A program made the translations under genes and the position numbers. Shown here piece after piece: positions 32,533 to 41,607 of a stretch of DNA of 64,000 nt. Position 1 is the first letter of the stretch. The number at the start of each line of letters is the position of its first letter. A model generated the notes under the pieces. The model was given only the letters and a program-made list of their open reading frames with translations, was not told the DNA's origin and did no database searches. This DNA is from Acidobacteriota bacterium (GTDB lineage Bacteria > Acidobacteriota > UBA890 > WLXD01). The stretch is from positions 2,880,001 to 2,944,000 of the forward strand of contig CBDBHB010000009.1 of assembly GCA_965205505.1 (NCBI GenBank), given 5' to 3'.

Positions 32533-33177
32533 ATGTATCTGACCAAGCGCCAGAAGGAGATTCTCGACTACATCAGCGGCTATCTGAAGGCTGAAGGGTA
32601 CGCTCCGACGTTGGAGGAGATTGGCGCCCATTTTGGTCTCTCGTCGCCCGCCACGGTTTACAAGCACGTCCAGCAACTCGTCCAGAAGGGCTACCTCAGC
32701 AAGGCGAAGCATCAAGGCCGTGGGATTCAGCTCGTAGACACCAAGCTGGCTCGTGGAGTCGAAGTGCCGTTGCTGGGTCAGATCGCGGGCGGCCATCCTC
32801 TCGAGCCAATTCGACCCGCCGAAGTCAACCTGCCTTCGTCCTTCGCCGCTGGGGGGCCGCTGTACGCACTGCGTGTGAAGGGCAACTTGTTGGCCGACGA
32901 GCTCCTCCTGGACGGTGACCTCCCGGTGATCGAGGATCGCAGCATCGCCACGGACGGAGACACGGTCGTCCTGGTGCTCGGGGATCAACTTGCCGCCGTC
33001 GGAAGGTTCTTTCAGGAGCCGGGTCATGTGCGGCTCGAACCGAGCCACGGTGCCGGCGAGTCGCTCTATCTGCCGGAATCTCAGGTGCGCGTGCGCGGCG
33101 TCGTCGTGGGATTACTGCGCCACTATCGTTCCTCTTCCGCAGCACAGCGGCCGAGGTACGCCGCTGCGGCCAGATAG
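32533..33177 (+). CDS. lexA: LexA-like repressor with degenerate peptidase domain
   Basis: LexA N-terminal wHTH 'LTKRQKEILDY...PTLEEIGAHFGLSSPATV'; S24-like C-domain lacking the catalytic Ser/Lys. Confidence 0.85.
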   Translation: MYLTKRQKEILDYISGYLKAEGYAPTLEEIGAHFGLSSPATVYKHVQQLVQKGYLSKAKHQGRGIQLVDTKLARGVEVPLLGQIAGGHPLEPIRPAEVNLPSSFAAGGPLYALRVKGNLLADELLLDGDLPVIEDRSIATDGDTVVLVLGDQLAAVGRFFQEPGHVRLEPSHGAGESLYLPESQVRVRGVVVGLLRHYRSSSAAQRPRYAAAAR

Positions 33178-33959
33178 CCGCGTCGGTGCCCTACGTCGTA
33201 GTGGCGCCCGTCGATCCGGTACGCTGCGAGCCCGGCGTTGTCAATCAGATGCTGGAAGGCGGGAACGTCGTCCCACTCGCCTTGGCTCGGCGGACCGGTC
33301 GCCAGCAGCGCATCGTAGAATCGCGCGTCGACGACGTAGCGGGCGCATCCGCGCAGGACCGAACTCTTTCCCTCGGTCGCGAATACCCCCGGGCGCTTGT
33401 CCTGTAGCGCGAGCACTCGGTAGCAATCACCATCCAGCCGCCGCAAGCCAACGCCGCCGACGTTACCGAACAAGGCACTCTCTTCAGTAACGACCTCGGT
33501 CAACCCCAGGCTGCATAAGCCGGTCTGGGCGTAGGCCCGTGCAACCTGGCCGATCGCCGGTGTTGCCGCATCGAACCAGTTGTCCGGGAGCAGCACCGAG
33601 AAGACGTCCTGACCTGTTACCGCACGGCAGCACATGAAAGCGTCGCCGATGCCGAGCGGTTCCGCTTGCTCGATAAAGCGGATCTCGCGGTCGAGCAGAC
33701 CGCGTCCGAGGCACGCCAGGTCGGTCTTCTCGTTGCGTCGCGCCGCCTCGACGGCGACGCCCAGATAATCGCGAACAAGCTGTTGGTCGGGTCCGACGAC
33801 CAGGATGATGCCGGGTATGGCAGCTCGAATCGCTTCGACGAGCGCCCAATGCAAGATCGGCCAGGTGCCCACTGGCAGCAGCGCCTTCGGAACGACCGCG
33901 GCGGCCGGCTGCATGCGCTTGCCGTGTCCGGCCACCGGGATCACCGCCCATTCGATCAT
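33123..33959 (-). CDS. Sugar-1-phosphate nucleotidyltransferase (GalU/HddC-like)
   Basis: 'AVIPVAGHGKRMQP...PKALLP', 'QAEPLGIGDA', 'LLPD', 'YDVG'. Confidence 0.85.
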   Translation of the reverse strand: MIEWAVIPVAGHGKRMQPAAAVVPKALLPVGTWPILHWALVEAIRAAIPGIILVVGPDQQLVRDYLGVAVEAARRNEKTDLACLGRGLLDREIRFIEQAEPLGIGDAFMCCRAVTGQDVFSVLLPDNWFDAATPAIGQVARAYAQTGLCSLGLTEVVTEESALFGNVGGVGLRRLDGDCYRVLALQDKRPGVFATEGKSSVLRGCARYVVDARFYDALLATGPPSQGEWDDVPAFQHLIDNAGLAAYRIDGRHYDVGHRRGYLAAAAYLGRCAAEEER

Positions 33960-35005
33960 GGCGCCATCCGGCTACTCGTCGCGGCCGCGACGCGCCGGAC
34001 GCGCAGCCCGCTCCGGGCGATTCGTACCGGGAGCACCAGGGCGGCGACTGCCTCGGCGGCCGCGGTAACGGTCTGCCGATCCGCTGGATCGCGCAGCAAG
34101 AACAACATGCATCCTCCGGACGCAGCGCCGCAGCCCTTCGCCGCCGCTGCTCCGGCCTCCAAACCGGCTCGCTCTAGACGCCGCAGATCGGGCGGCGCCA
34201 GCGTAGGGTCGATACCCTGACGTGCCTTCCAATCGGCGGTCATGGCGCGTCCGAGGGCGCGCCAGTCACCCTGGCGCAGCGCCTCTCCAGCAGCGACAGC
34301 GGCACGAGCAATGGCCTCGAACCCGTCGCGTGCCGTCGGGTCCCCTTCGATGCGGCGCCGGTAAAGCCTCCAGTTTGACGGTGCCGAAGCATGTGGCTGG
34401 CCGCTGTACACCAGCATCAGGCGCCGCTCTAGCGCCTCAAGGTCCACCGGAAGTCGCTCCATTCGAGTCTCGCCGGGACGGTAGTGGAGCTGTAGCGCCC
34501 CTCCGTAGATGGCCGGGTAGTAGTCCTGCACGCCAGTGGGGAATCCCAGCACCTGGGCCTCAAGATCGCGCGCCAGGCTCGGCATCTCCTGGCGCCGCAG
34601 TGGTCCTCCGGCGGCGCGGCAAGCGAGGCCGTAGAGCGCCACCAGCAGCGCCGATGAGCCGCCTATCCCACCGCCCGGAGGGCCGTCAACGGTGGTCGTT
34701 AGCCGTCCTGCTTGCCGGAGCCCGGTATGCGCCAGGACGCGGAGCACGAGGGCGAACGGGTCGCCGTCCCGGCTCTCGTTGGCGGCATCAGCAAGCGCGG
34801 ATGCCGCGAGCCGGCGCCGCGCTCCGTGATCGCCGGCTCGCAACTCCCAGCGTCGACCGCCCGGCTGGTAGGTGGCTCGCGCGCGCAGGTCGAGTGCCAC
34901 ATTGACCGTCGAGGAATTTTCGTGGAGCAAGTACAGCGGCCATAGGTCGAGCGTCCCTCCTGCAAGATCCGCCCGCAACGGCGCGCTCGCCGCCCAACCG
35001 CTCAC
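33956..35005 (-). CDS. GHMP-family sugar kinase (HddA-like)
   Basis: 'APLRADLAGGTLD', 'PPGGGIGGSS', 'GVQDYYPA..GG', 'KGCGAASGG'. Confidence 0.85.
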   Translation of the reverse strand: MSGWAASAPLRADLAGGTLDLWPLYLLHENSSTVNVALDLRARATYQPGGRRWELRAGDHGARRRLAASALADAANESRDGDPFALVLRVLAHTGLRQAGRLTTTVDGPPGGGIGGSSALLVALYGLACRAAGGPLRRQEMPSLARDLEAQVLGFPTGVQDYYPAIYGGALQLHYRPGETRMERLPVDLEALERRLMLVYSGQPHASAPSNWRLYRRRIEGDPTARDGFEAIARAAVAAGEALRQGDWRALGRAMTADWKARQGIDPTLAPPDLRRLERAGLEAGAAAAKGCGAASGGCMLFLLRDPADRQTVTAAAEAVAALVLPVRIARSGLRVRRVAAATSSRMAP

Positions 35006-35186
35006 GGCCAACTCCCCACTCACAGGCCGGGCTCCGTAACGGGATCTATTGCGGCCGGTATCCGGCGCGGCGTCCGATACTAGCATCGGCGAGGCTCGAT
35101 CAAGTTGGATACGCTCGCTGCACGTTCGATGGATCAAGGGGAGCATGTCCTCGAAGAGCGTACCGCACCTGGTTGGCGGCTCGCTC

Positions 35187-35969
35187 CTACACCATTGGCG
35201 CCAGCGTATACGTATCGCCATCGGTGGCCGCCGCCACCGGCCCGGTGAAGCGTTCGCCCGCCTCGAGCGACAGATCGGTCTCGGTGTGCTCGCCCGACTC
35301 TCCCAGATGGATCAGGCTCAGCTCTCCTACGCGGGCTGCTGCGGCGATCTCACCGGCCTGGCGGGCACTCGAGTGCTGCCCTTCGAACGCCGCGAGATCC
35401 CGGTGCAGGCCGGCACAGTCATGCATGAGGAGATCGACGTCGGAGCTCAGGGCGACTATATGGTCGCTGGGTCCCGTGTCGGAGGCATAGACAAACGCCC
35501 GGCCGTACTGTTCGAAGCGCAACGCGAGCGTGTCGCGGCTGTGGGCCGCCGGCGTCGCAACGACGCGCCCGGCCGGAGAAGCGACGACCTCGATATTCGG
35601 TTGCATCGCCACACTCCTCAGGTCGAGCCGGTGGGCGCAGGCGGTATCGAGCCCGTGAATCTGAAGCATGGCGCGCAGTGTCTCGAGGGTCTGCTCAGGT
35701 GCATGCACGACGAGGGGCGGTCGCTCCGCTGACAAAGCTAGAGCGTGTGCCAGATGGACGAAGCCGTAGACATGGTCGACGTGATTGTGGGTGACCAGCA
35801 GGCGCCGCAGGTCGACGAGGTCGGCGCCCAGACGTGCCAGCTTGTGCACCGCTCCACCCGGGCAGTCCACCAGGGTCCACTCGTCCCCGGCTTCCACCGC
35901 GACGGCAGTGGTGTCACGGCGGCGCCCTGCTGCAGCGTTGCCTGAGCCGAGAACATGAACCCGCAACAC
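35187..35969 (-). CDS. MBL-fold hydrolase (RNase Z/BN-like, no exosite)
   Basis: 'LVDCPG', HNHVDH, 'YASDTGP', 'HSSARQAG', 'LIH'. Confidence 0.85.
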   Translation of the reverse strand: MLRVHVLGSGNAAAGRRRDTTAVAVEAGDEWTLVDCPGGAVHKLARLGADLVDLRRLLVTHNHVDHVYGFVHLAHALALSAERPPLVVHAPEQTLETLRAMLQIHGLDTACAHRLDLRSVAMQPNIEVVASPAGRVVATPAAHSRDTLALRFEQYGRAFVYASDTGPSDHIVALSSDVDLLMHDCAGLHRDLAAFEGQHSSARQAGEIAAAARVGELSLIHLGESGEHTETDLSLEAGERFTGPVAAATDGDTYTLAPMV

Positions 35970-35990
35970 GTTAGCCCATCAGCTCGAGGC

Positions 35991-37133
35991 TCAGAGGGTA
36001 ACGTCGGGTTCCAGCACCAGAGAGCGCGCCTCGTCCAACAAGCGAAGCTGCACCGCGACCAGGTCGCCTCCGAGCTCCTCCGCCAGCGCACGCTGGTACG
36101 TCGCCCCGTTCTGGGATTCGATGATCTCCGACAGCATGCGGAGGTGCGATTCGGTGCCGAGCGACGCGCTCGCCTCGCCAGCGTCAGCCACCATGAGCCG
36201 GGCCATCTCCTGCATCGACATGATCTCATGCGTCTCCGCATCGATGACTGTAGCGTCGAGGCCGAAACGCATGCCCTTGAACCGCCCGTCGTCGAGAAAC
36301 TCCTGATCCTGGGGCGGCTCGGCCTCTCCGGCCCGATGGCGCTCGCCGTATTCCACCACTAGCGCCTGACAAAGGGCCGCGATCGCAGCGGTGCGACGCA
36401 ACGACATCTGCACGTCGCAGGCACGAATCTCTACGGTCCCAAATGTCGGATGAGCGCGCACGTTCCACCAAACGTGGCGTGGGTTTTGGATGCTGTCGGC
36501 TGCCTCAAGCCCTCTCATGACCTGTTCGTAGTGCGCCCAGTTCCGCAGGCGTGGGGGAACGCCCGAGCGCGGGAAGCTGCCGAAGGCAACCGAGCGCGCG
36601 GAATCCCAGCCGGTATCGACACCGTCGAGGAACGGCGAGTTGGCGGCGATTGCGATCAGCGGACCAATCCACCGCCGCAGCCGATTGGCGACGTAGATGG
36701 CACGCTCCGCATCGTCGACGCCGACGTGGACGTGGAGTCCAAACGAGAGGTTGCGCCCCGCGACATAACGCAATTGGTTACGCACCCAACGGTATGCCTC
36801 GGTAGCGACGAATTCAGTCTTGCGTGGATCGGCATACGGATGTGCCCCGGTGATGCCGAGGGTGCAACCTTCCGCTTCCGCATACGAGAGCACGCGCTGG
36901 CGCTTTGCTGCCAGGTCAGCGGTCGCCTCGTCGACCGTCTCGGCGATGTCTGTGACGGCTTCGATCAGTCCCTGAATGAGGTCATGGGCCAAAAAACGCG
37001 CCGTGTCCTCATCGGCATGTGCCATCAGCTCGTTGACTCGCGGTACTAGATCCCCCGTACTCGGGTCGCAAATCTGGTACTCCTCTTCGACGCCGATGGT
37101 CGGACGCGGGCTTGCGTTGTAGCGGTATTTCAT
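35991..37133 (-). CDS. ybdK: YbdK-family carboxylate-amine ligase (GCS2)
   Basis: 'TIGVEEEYQ', 'FGLHVHVG', 'ANSPF', 'WWNVR.HPTFGTVEIR.CD'. Confidence 0.9.
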   Translation of the reverse strand: MKYRYNASPRPTIGVEEEYQICDPSTGDLVPRVNELMAHADEDTARFLAHDLIQGLIEAVTDIAETVDEATADLAAKRQRVLSYAEAEGCTLGITGAHPYADPRKTEFVATEAYRWVRNQLRYVAGRNLSFGLHVHVGVDDAERAIYVANRLRRWIGPLIAIAANSPFLDGVDTGWDSARSVAFGSFPRSGVPPRLRNWAHYEQVMRGLEAADSIQNPRHVWWNVRAHPTFGTVEIRACDVQMSLRRTAAIAALCQALVVEYGERHRAGEAEPPQDQEFLDDGRFKGMRFGLDATVIDAETHEIMSMQEMARLMVADAGEASASLGTESHLRMLSEIIESQNGATYQRALAEELGGDLVAVQLRLLDEARSLVLEPDVTL

Positions 37134-37154
37134 CGTCTCGTGACCAAAAAGGGC

Positions 37155-37433
37155 TTAGCAGGCGGTGGGGAAAGCGTGGCGGGCCTGGTTACGGCGAGTT
37201 GGGGCCAGATACAAGGCGGCCTAGCACAGGCGATGCCCTAGCCATCGTCGAGGAGGACCAACGCCGCAGATGGCCCCAAATCGCCGTAACCCTCCGGGCG
37301 ATAGGGGGTTGCGCGCGTATGGTGTGTCGTTTGTCGTCAACGATGGGGTAACCATCGCCTCCTCCTTTCTCCTTGCCTCCGCCTCGCAAGACCCCGTCGC
37401 CAGGCCCGCCACACTTCCACCACGGCCTGCTAG
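37155..37433. mobile_element. Family B non-autonomous inverted-repeat element (MITE-like), two internal hairpin modules
   Basis: About 30-bp imperfect TIRs (TTAGCAGGCGGTGGGGAAAGCGTGGCGGGCCTGG / CCAGGCCCGCCACACTTCCACCACGGCCTGCTAG). Confidence 0.85.
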
Positions 37434-37532
37434 GGAGCGCGAAAGTCTACCATGGGGCTCGAGGTCGGCCGACGTGCTAGAGGGCCCCCAAGCCGCTCAA
37501 TGCCGCAACGCCAGATCGTGCCGAGCGCCTCT

Positions 37533-38495
37533 CTATCGCTTGGCGACGGCTTGGCTGTCAACGGTCTGATGCGTCATCGCGTCGCGGATTCGGAGCGCTG
37601 TTTCCAGGGCTCTTCGACCGGAGGCTCCGTCGACGCGCGGCGCATCCCTTGTTCGCACTGCGCCGAGGAAATCATTCAGTTGGCAAACCAGTGGCTCGGC
37701 TCGGGCCACCTCTACCGGAACGGCCTCGATACTGGGACGGCCCCCGTCGTGGCCGAGCCGGTAGTGCGCCACTTCCTGGGCGGAATAGTCGACCGACAGA
37801 TACCCCGACGAGGCGAAGATTCGGACCTTGCGGACGCGGTTCAGACTCACCCGACTAGCGGTCATGTTTACGACGCAGCCGCCGCTCAACTCGAGGCGCG
37901 CATTGGCGATGTCGATCTCGTCCGACAGCACAGGAACACCGACGGCGCGGATCTCGTCGACATCTCCCTGGACCATGGCGTGGACGATGTCGATGTCGTG
38001 GATCATCAGGTCGACGATTACATCGACTTCGAGGCTTCGCGCCGCGAACGAGCCAAGGCGATGAATCTCCACGAACCCAGGCCGGTCGACACGGCTCAGC
38101 AACGCCTCGACGGCCGGGTTGTAGCGTTCCACATGCCCGATCTGCAGCAGTCTGTCTTCTTCCGCAGCTGCCGCGATGAGTCGGTCGGCCGCGTCGATAC
38201 TGTTAGCGATGGGCTTCTCGATCAATGCATCACAGCCGGCCTGGAGGCAGCGCCGCCCTACTTCCTCGTGAGCCAGCGTCGGCACCGCGACGCTGACAGC
38301 GTCAACGTCATCGAGCAGGGCGTCGAGCTCGTGGAACGCCCTGCATTCCGTGCCTCTCGCCACCTCGATGGCTCGATCCGCGTGGAGATCGTACACGCCC
38401 ACCAGATGTGCGATGTCACTATCGGCATAGACTCGCGCGTGGTGCCGGCCGATGGAGCCTACTCCGACGACGCCCACGCGTACTCGCTCAGGCAT
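37533..38495 (-). CDS. Gfo/Idh/MocA oxidoreductase, probable GnnA (UDP-GlcNAc 3-dehydrogenase)
   Basis: 'GVVGVGSIG', 'IEKP', 'GHVERYNP', 'DLMIHDID'; directly after lpxA-lpxI. Confidence 0.8.
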   Translation of the reverse strand: MPERVRVGVVGVGSIGRHHARVYADSDIAHLVGVYDLHADRAIEVARGTECRAFHELDALLDDVDAVSVAVPTLAHEEVGRRCLQAGCDALIEKPIANSIDAADRLIAAAAEEDRLLQIGHVERYNPAVEALLSRVDRPGFVEIHRLGSFAARSLEVDVIVDLMIHDIDIVHAMVQGDVDEIRAVGVPVLSDEIDIANARLELSGGCVVNMTASRVSLNRVRKVRIFASSGYLSVDYSAQEVAHYRLGHDGGRPSIEAVPVEVARAEPLVCQLNDFLGAVRTRDAPRVDGASGRRALETALRIRDAMTHQTVDSQAVAKR

Positions 38496-39324
38496 CGTCA
38501 GCTCTAGCGGTCAACGCCATGTCGAACTCCCGCGCCAGCTTTTCGACGCGCGCGCGGTCGAATAGGACCGTCATGTCCGCTTCGATCGCTAGCGCCGAGG
38601 CGCCGACCTCGCGCATGGTCTCCAGCGTGCGCGCACCTACCACTGGCACGTCGAATCGCAGGTCTTGATCAGGCTTGGCCACTTTCACCACCACCGAGCC
38701 GGGGCCGCCGAGATCGCCGCCTCTCCGGACGCAGGCGTCCGTCCCCTCCATTCCCTCCACGGCTACTGCCGCCTTTTCCTTGACCACCACGGTTTGCCCG
38801 ATATCGTGCTCGCCGAGGGCCTTGGCAATCCGCCAGCCGTGTCGGATGTCGGCGTCTTCAGTAGCCGTCAGCTGACGCCCGGCGGTCCACCCCGGGGCGG
38901 GCATCAACGGGCGTAGATAACGCGTCGACTCGACCAGACGAATACCGGCTGACTCCAGCACCTTCGCCACGGCGCCGAGCAGCTGGTCCGTGTGGCCGGA
39001 TGGGAGCTCGGCGAGCATCGCCTGTATTCCGCCGTCATCATCGCGCTCGTACATGCGCTGCTGTTCGACCTTTCCCGCCATGATGGCTTCGGTGATGCCA
39101 TCTCGACGCCAACCCTCGAGCACGCTGAAGAAAGCGGGAAGGTCGCCCCAATTGAGCCACTCGATGCCGTCGACCTGCGCCTCGAGCGCAGGATCGGTGA
39201 TGCCGTGGATGGCAGCGGCAAGCACGCGCCTGCCTTCCTGTCGCGCCTCGCGCGCGACCAACACGGGCATTTGTGTGCTACCGGCGATCAGCGCCAGCGC
39301 CTCACTTGGCGATTCCGAGCTCAC
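38488..39324 (-). CDS. lpxI: UDP-2,3-diacylglucosamine hydrolase LpxI
   Basis: 'DIGQTVVV', 'AVEGMEGTD', 'KPDQDLRFDVPVVG'. Confidence 0.92.
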   Translation of the reverse strand: MSSESPSEALALIAGSTQMPVLVAREARQEGRRVLAAAIHGITDPALEAQVDGIEWLNWGDLPAFFSVLEGWRRDGITEAIMAGKVEQQRMYERDDDGGIQAMLAELPSGHTDQLLGAVAKVLESAGIRLVESTRYLRPLMPAPGWTAGRQLTATEDADIRHGWRIAKALGEHDIGQTVVVKEKAAVAVEGMEGTDACVRRGGDLGGPGSVVVKVAKPDQDLRFDVPVVGARTLETMREVGASALAIEADMTVLFDRARVEKLAREFDMALTARADDA

Positions 39325-40087
39325 TGCTCTTTACGAATGACACCAGCTGGTCAACCTCGGGACCAGCGGGCCCGCCCGCGGTGATCTTTGCCAGCGCCTG
39401 AGTGGTGTTGAGCTTTTCGCGGAACAAGATGCGGAAGACCCGCTTGAGGTCGCGGCGTACCTCATCGTCGTAGCCGCAGCGCTGCAAGCCTATCGAATTC
39501 AAGCCCAGGATGCGCGCGTGGTTGCCGTGTACCCGGGCGAACGGCACAACGTCCTTGGTAACCCCAGCATACGCCGCCAGATAGGCGTGCGCACCGATAC
39601 GAACATATTGCTGGATACCGCAGAAAGCGTTGAGAATCGCGTAGTCGCCGACCTCGACGTGTCCCGCCAGGGTGGCGGCATTGCCGAAAATAGTGTGATC
39701 GCCGACCTGGCAATCGTGTGCCACGTGCGAGTAAGCCATGAACATGTTGCCCGAACCGATCCGGGTGACGCCTCCGCCGCCTTCGGTACCCCTATTCGCC
39801 GTCACGAACTCGCGAAACGTGTTGTCCTCGCCGGTCTCCAGGAAGGACACCTCGCCATCGAATTTCAGGTCTTGCGGCTCGGATCCGACCGAGGCGTGCG
39901 GGAACACGCGCGTGTGGGCGCCCAGAGCAGTGCGATCGTGCACAACCGCGAACGCACCAATCTCCGATCCGTCGCCGATTCTTGCGGTCGGATGAACGAT
40001 CGCATATGGCCCGAGCTTGACGCCGACGCCGAGCTCCGCTCCCTCGTGTACGACAGCTGTCGGATGGCACTCTACCTGCACGCTCAT
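39302..40087 (-). CDS. lpxA: UDP-GlcNAc O-acyltransferase
   Basis: Hexapeptide repeats, 'PQDLKF', 'HVAHDC', 'GLNSIGL'. Confidence 0.96.
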   Translation of the reverse strand: MSVQVECHPTAVVHEGAELGVGVKLGPYAIVHPTARIGDGSEIGAFAVVHDRTALGAHTRVFPHASVGSEPQDLKFDGEVSFLETGEDNTFREFVTANRGTEGGGGVTRIGSGNMFMAYSHVAHDCQVGDHTIFGNAATLAGHVEVGDYAILNAFCGIQQYVRIGAHAYLAAYAGVTKDVVPFARVHGNHARILGLNSIGLQRCGYDDEVRRDLKRVFRILFREKLNTTQALAKITAGGPAGPEVDQLVSFVKSSELGIAK

Positions 40088-40539
40088 CGCGCCACCCCGG
40101 TTCCCGGATCGACCATCAATGACAACAAAATGGCTTCGGCGGCGGTCTCCCCATCGACCGTCGCACGGCCGGCCATCTTGCACGCGCGTGGACGCATCGA
40201 AAGCACCGTGAGCTCCATCCGTAGTTGATCACCGGGAACGACCGGCCGACGGAAGCGCACCTTGTCGACGCCTGCGAGGTAGAAAAACTTGCCGGCAAGA
40301 GCGTCGCCGCCCTCGCGAATCACCATGACAGCCCCGGTCTGGGCCATCGCCTCGACGATCAGCACTCCGGGCATCACCGGGCTGCCCGGGAAGTGGCCGG
40401 GAAAGAACGGTTCGTTCATCGTAACGTTCTTGATCCCGACGACCCGTTCACCCGGGTCCATCTCGACGATGCGGTCGACCAGCAAGAACGGATAACGATG
40501 TGGCAGCGCCGCCATGATGCCTGCGATGTCGACGGTCAA
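40084..40539 (-). CDS. fabZ: 3-hydroxyacyl-ACP dehydratase
   Basis: '[11 protein letters not shown]', '[18 protein letters not shown]'. Confidence 0.98.
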   Translation of the reverse strand: MTVDIAGIMAALPHRYPFLLVDRIVEMDPGERVVGIKNVTMNEPFFPGHFPGSPVMPGVLIVEAMAQTGAVMVIREGGDALAGKFFYLAGVDKVRFRRPVVPGDQLRMELTVLSMRPRACKMAGRATVDGETAAEAILLSLMVDPGTGVAR

Positions 40540-40542
40540 GCC

Positions 40543-41607
40543 CTACTCCTCGCGGCGGCTCTCGGCCGCCTTCTCCAGTCGCCGAACGCGACGCCGCAAC
40601 TCCGGCAGCTTGGCGAGCGTACCGATGACGCGTCGCCACAAACCAATTTCCATGTGCGGAGAGCCTCCGACGACCGAACCCGGGGGCAGGTCGCCGTGAA
40701 CGCCGCTCCTGGCGGCAAGCATCGAACCGGCTCCGATCACCTGGTGCCCCGAGGTGCCGACGTTGCCACCGACGATGACGCCATCCTCCAGCACCGTGCT
40801 GCCGGAGAGGCCAGTCTGGGCGCTGATCGCACAGTGCCGACCAATGTCGCAATTGTGGCCGATCTGCACCAGGTTGTCGATTTTAGTCCCCGCGCCCACC
40901 CGCGTGGCGCGTAGCGTGCCGCGATCGATGCAGGTGTTGGCGCCGATGTCCACGTCGTGCTCAATTACTACCCCGCCAATCTGCGGGATTTTCATCTGCT
41001 CTGACCCATCGCGCGCGAATCCGAAGCCTTCCGCCCCGATCACCACGCCGGAGTGAAGCACGACGCGGTCGCCGATCCGCGTGCCCTCGTAGACGGTGAC
41101 GTTCGGATAGAGCGTGCAATGCTCGCCCAAGCGTACGCCTCGCCCGACCGTGCAGCCGTGGCCGATCTCGCTGCCGGCGCCGATTGCGGCCGCGGCACCG
41201 ATCTCCACGTGGGCGCCTACGGCCACGTCGGCCGCCAGGTCCGCCTCCGGATCGACCCTGGCGCTAGTGTGGATTCCGCTTGTCGTGGGCTGCAGCGGAT
41301 ACAGCGCGTCGAGAACGAGCGCGACGGCGCAATACGGATCTTCGACCCGTATCAGGTTGATTTCCTTACCCGGCGCGTGCTGCGCGACCTCCAATTCCCG
41401 CGGTACGAGCACCGCGGCGGCAAAGGTGGTCGCCAGCGCCCTGGCTCGCTTGCTATCGGTCACGAATACGATGTCGCGTTCGGTCGCCAGCCCGATCTCT
41501 GCCACGCCGTCGACGATACGTTCGGGATCGCCTTCCAAGCTGCCGTCGACGAGGTCTGCAAGTGCGGTCAGCCGCAACCCCGCGATGGATCTAGAACGTC
41601 GAGCCAA
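40543..41607 (-). CDS. lpxD: UDP-3-O-acylglucosamine N-acyltransferase
   Basis: 'GFGF', 'KIPQIGGV', 'IDRG', 'KIDNLVQIGHN'. Confidence 0.97.
   Translation of the reverse strand: MARRSRSIAGLRLTALADLVDGSLEGDPERIVDGVAEIGLATERDIVFVTDSKRARALATTFAAAVLVPRELEVAQHAPGKEINLIRVEDPYCAVALVLDALYPLQPTTSGIHTSARVDPEADLAADVAVGAHVEIGAAAAIGAGSEIGHGCTVGRGVRLGEHCTLYPNVTVYEGTRIGDRVVLHSGVVIGAEGFGFARDGSEQMKIPQIGGVVIEHDVDIGANTCIDRGTLRATRVGAGTKIDNLVQIGHNCDIGRHCAISAQTGLSGSTVLEDGVIVGGNVGTSGHQVIGAGSMLAARSGVHGDLPPGSVVGGSPHMEIGLWRRVIGTLAKLPELRRRVRRLEKAAESRREE

Noticed and set aside
37207-37270. Repeat core as a known self-cleaving ribozyme
   Set aside because: No hammerhead CUGANGA/GAAA or other recognisable ribozyme core was seen
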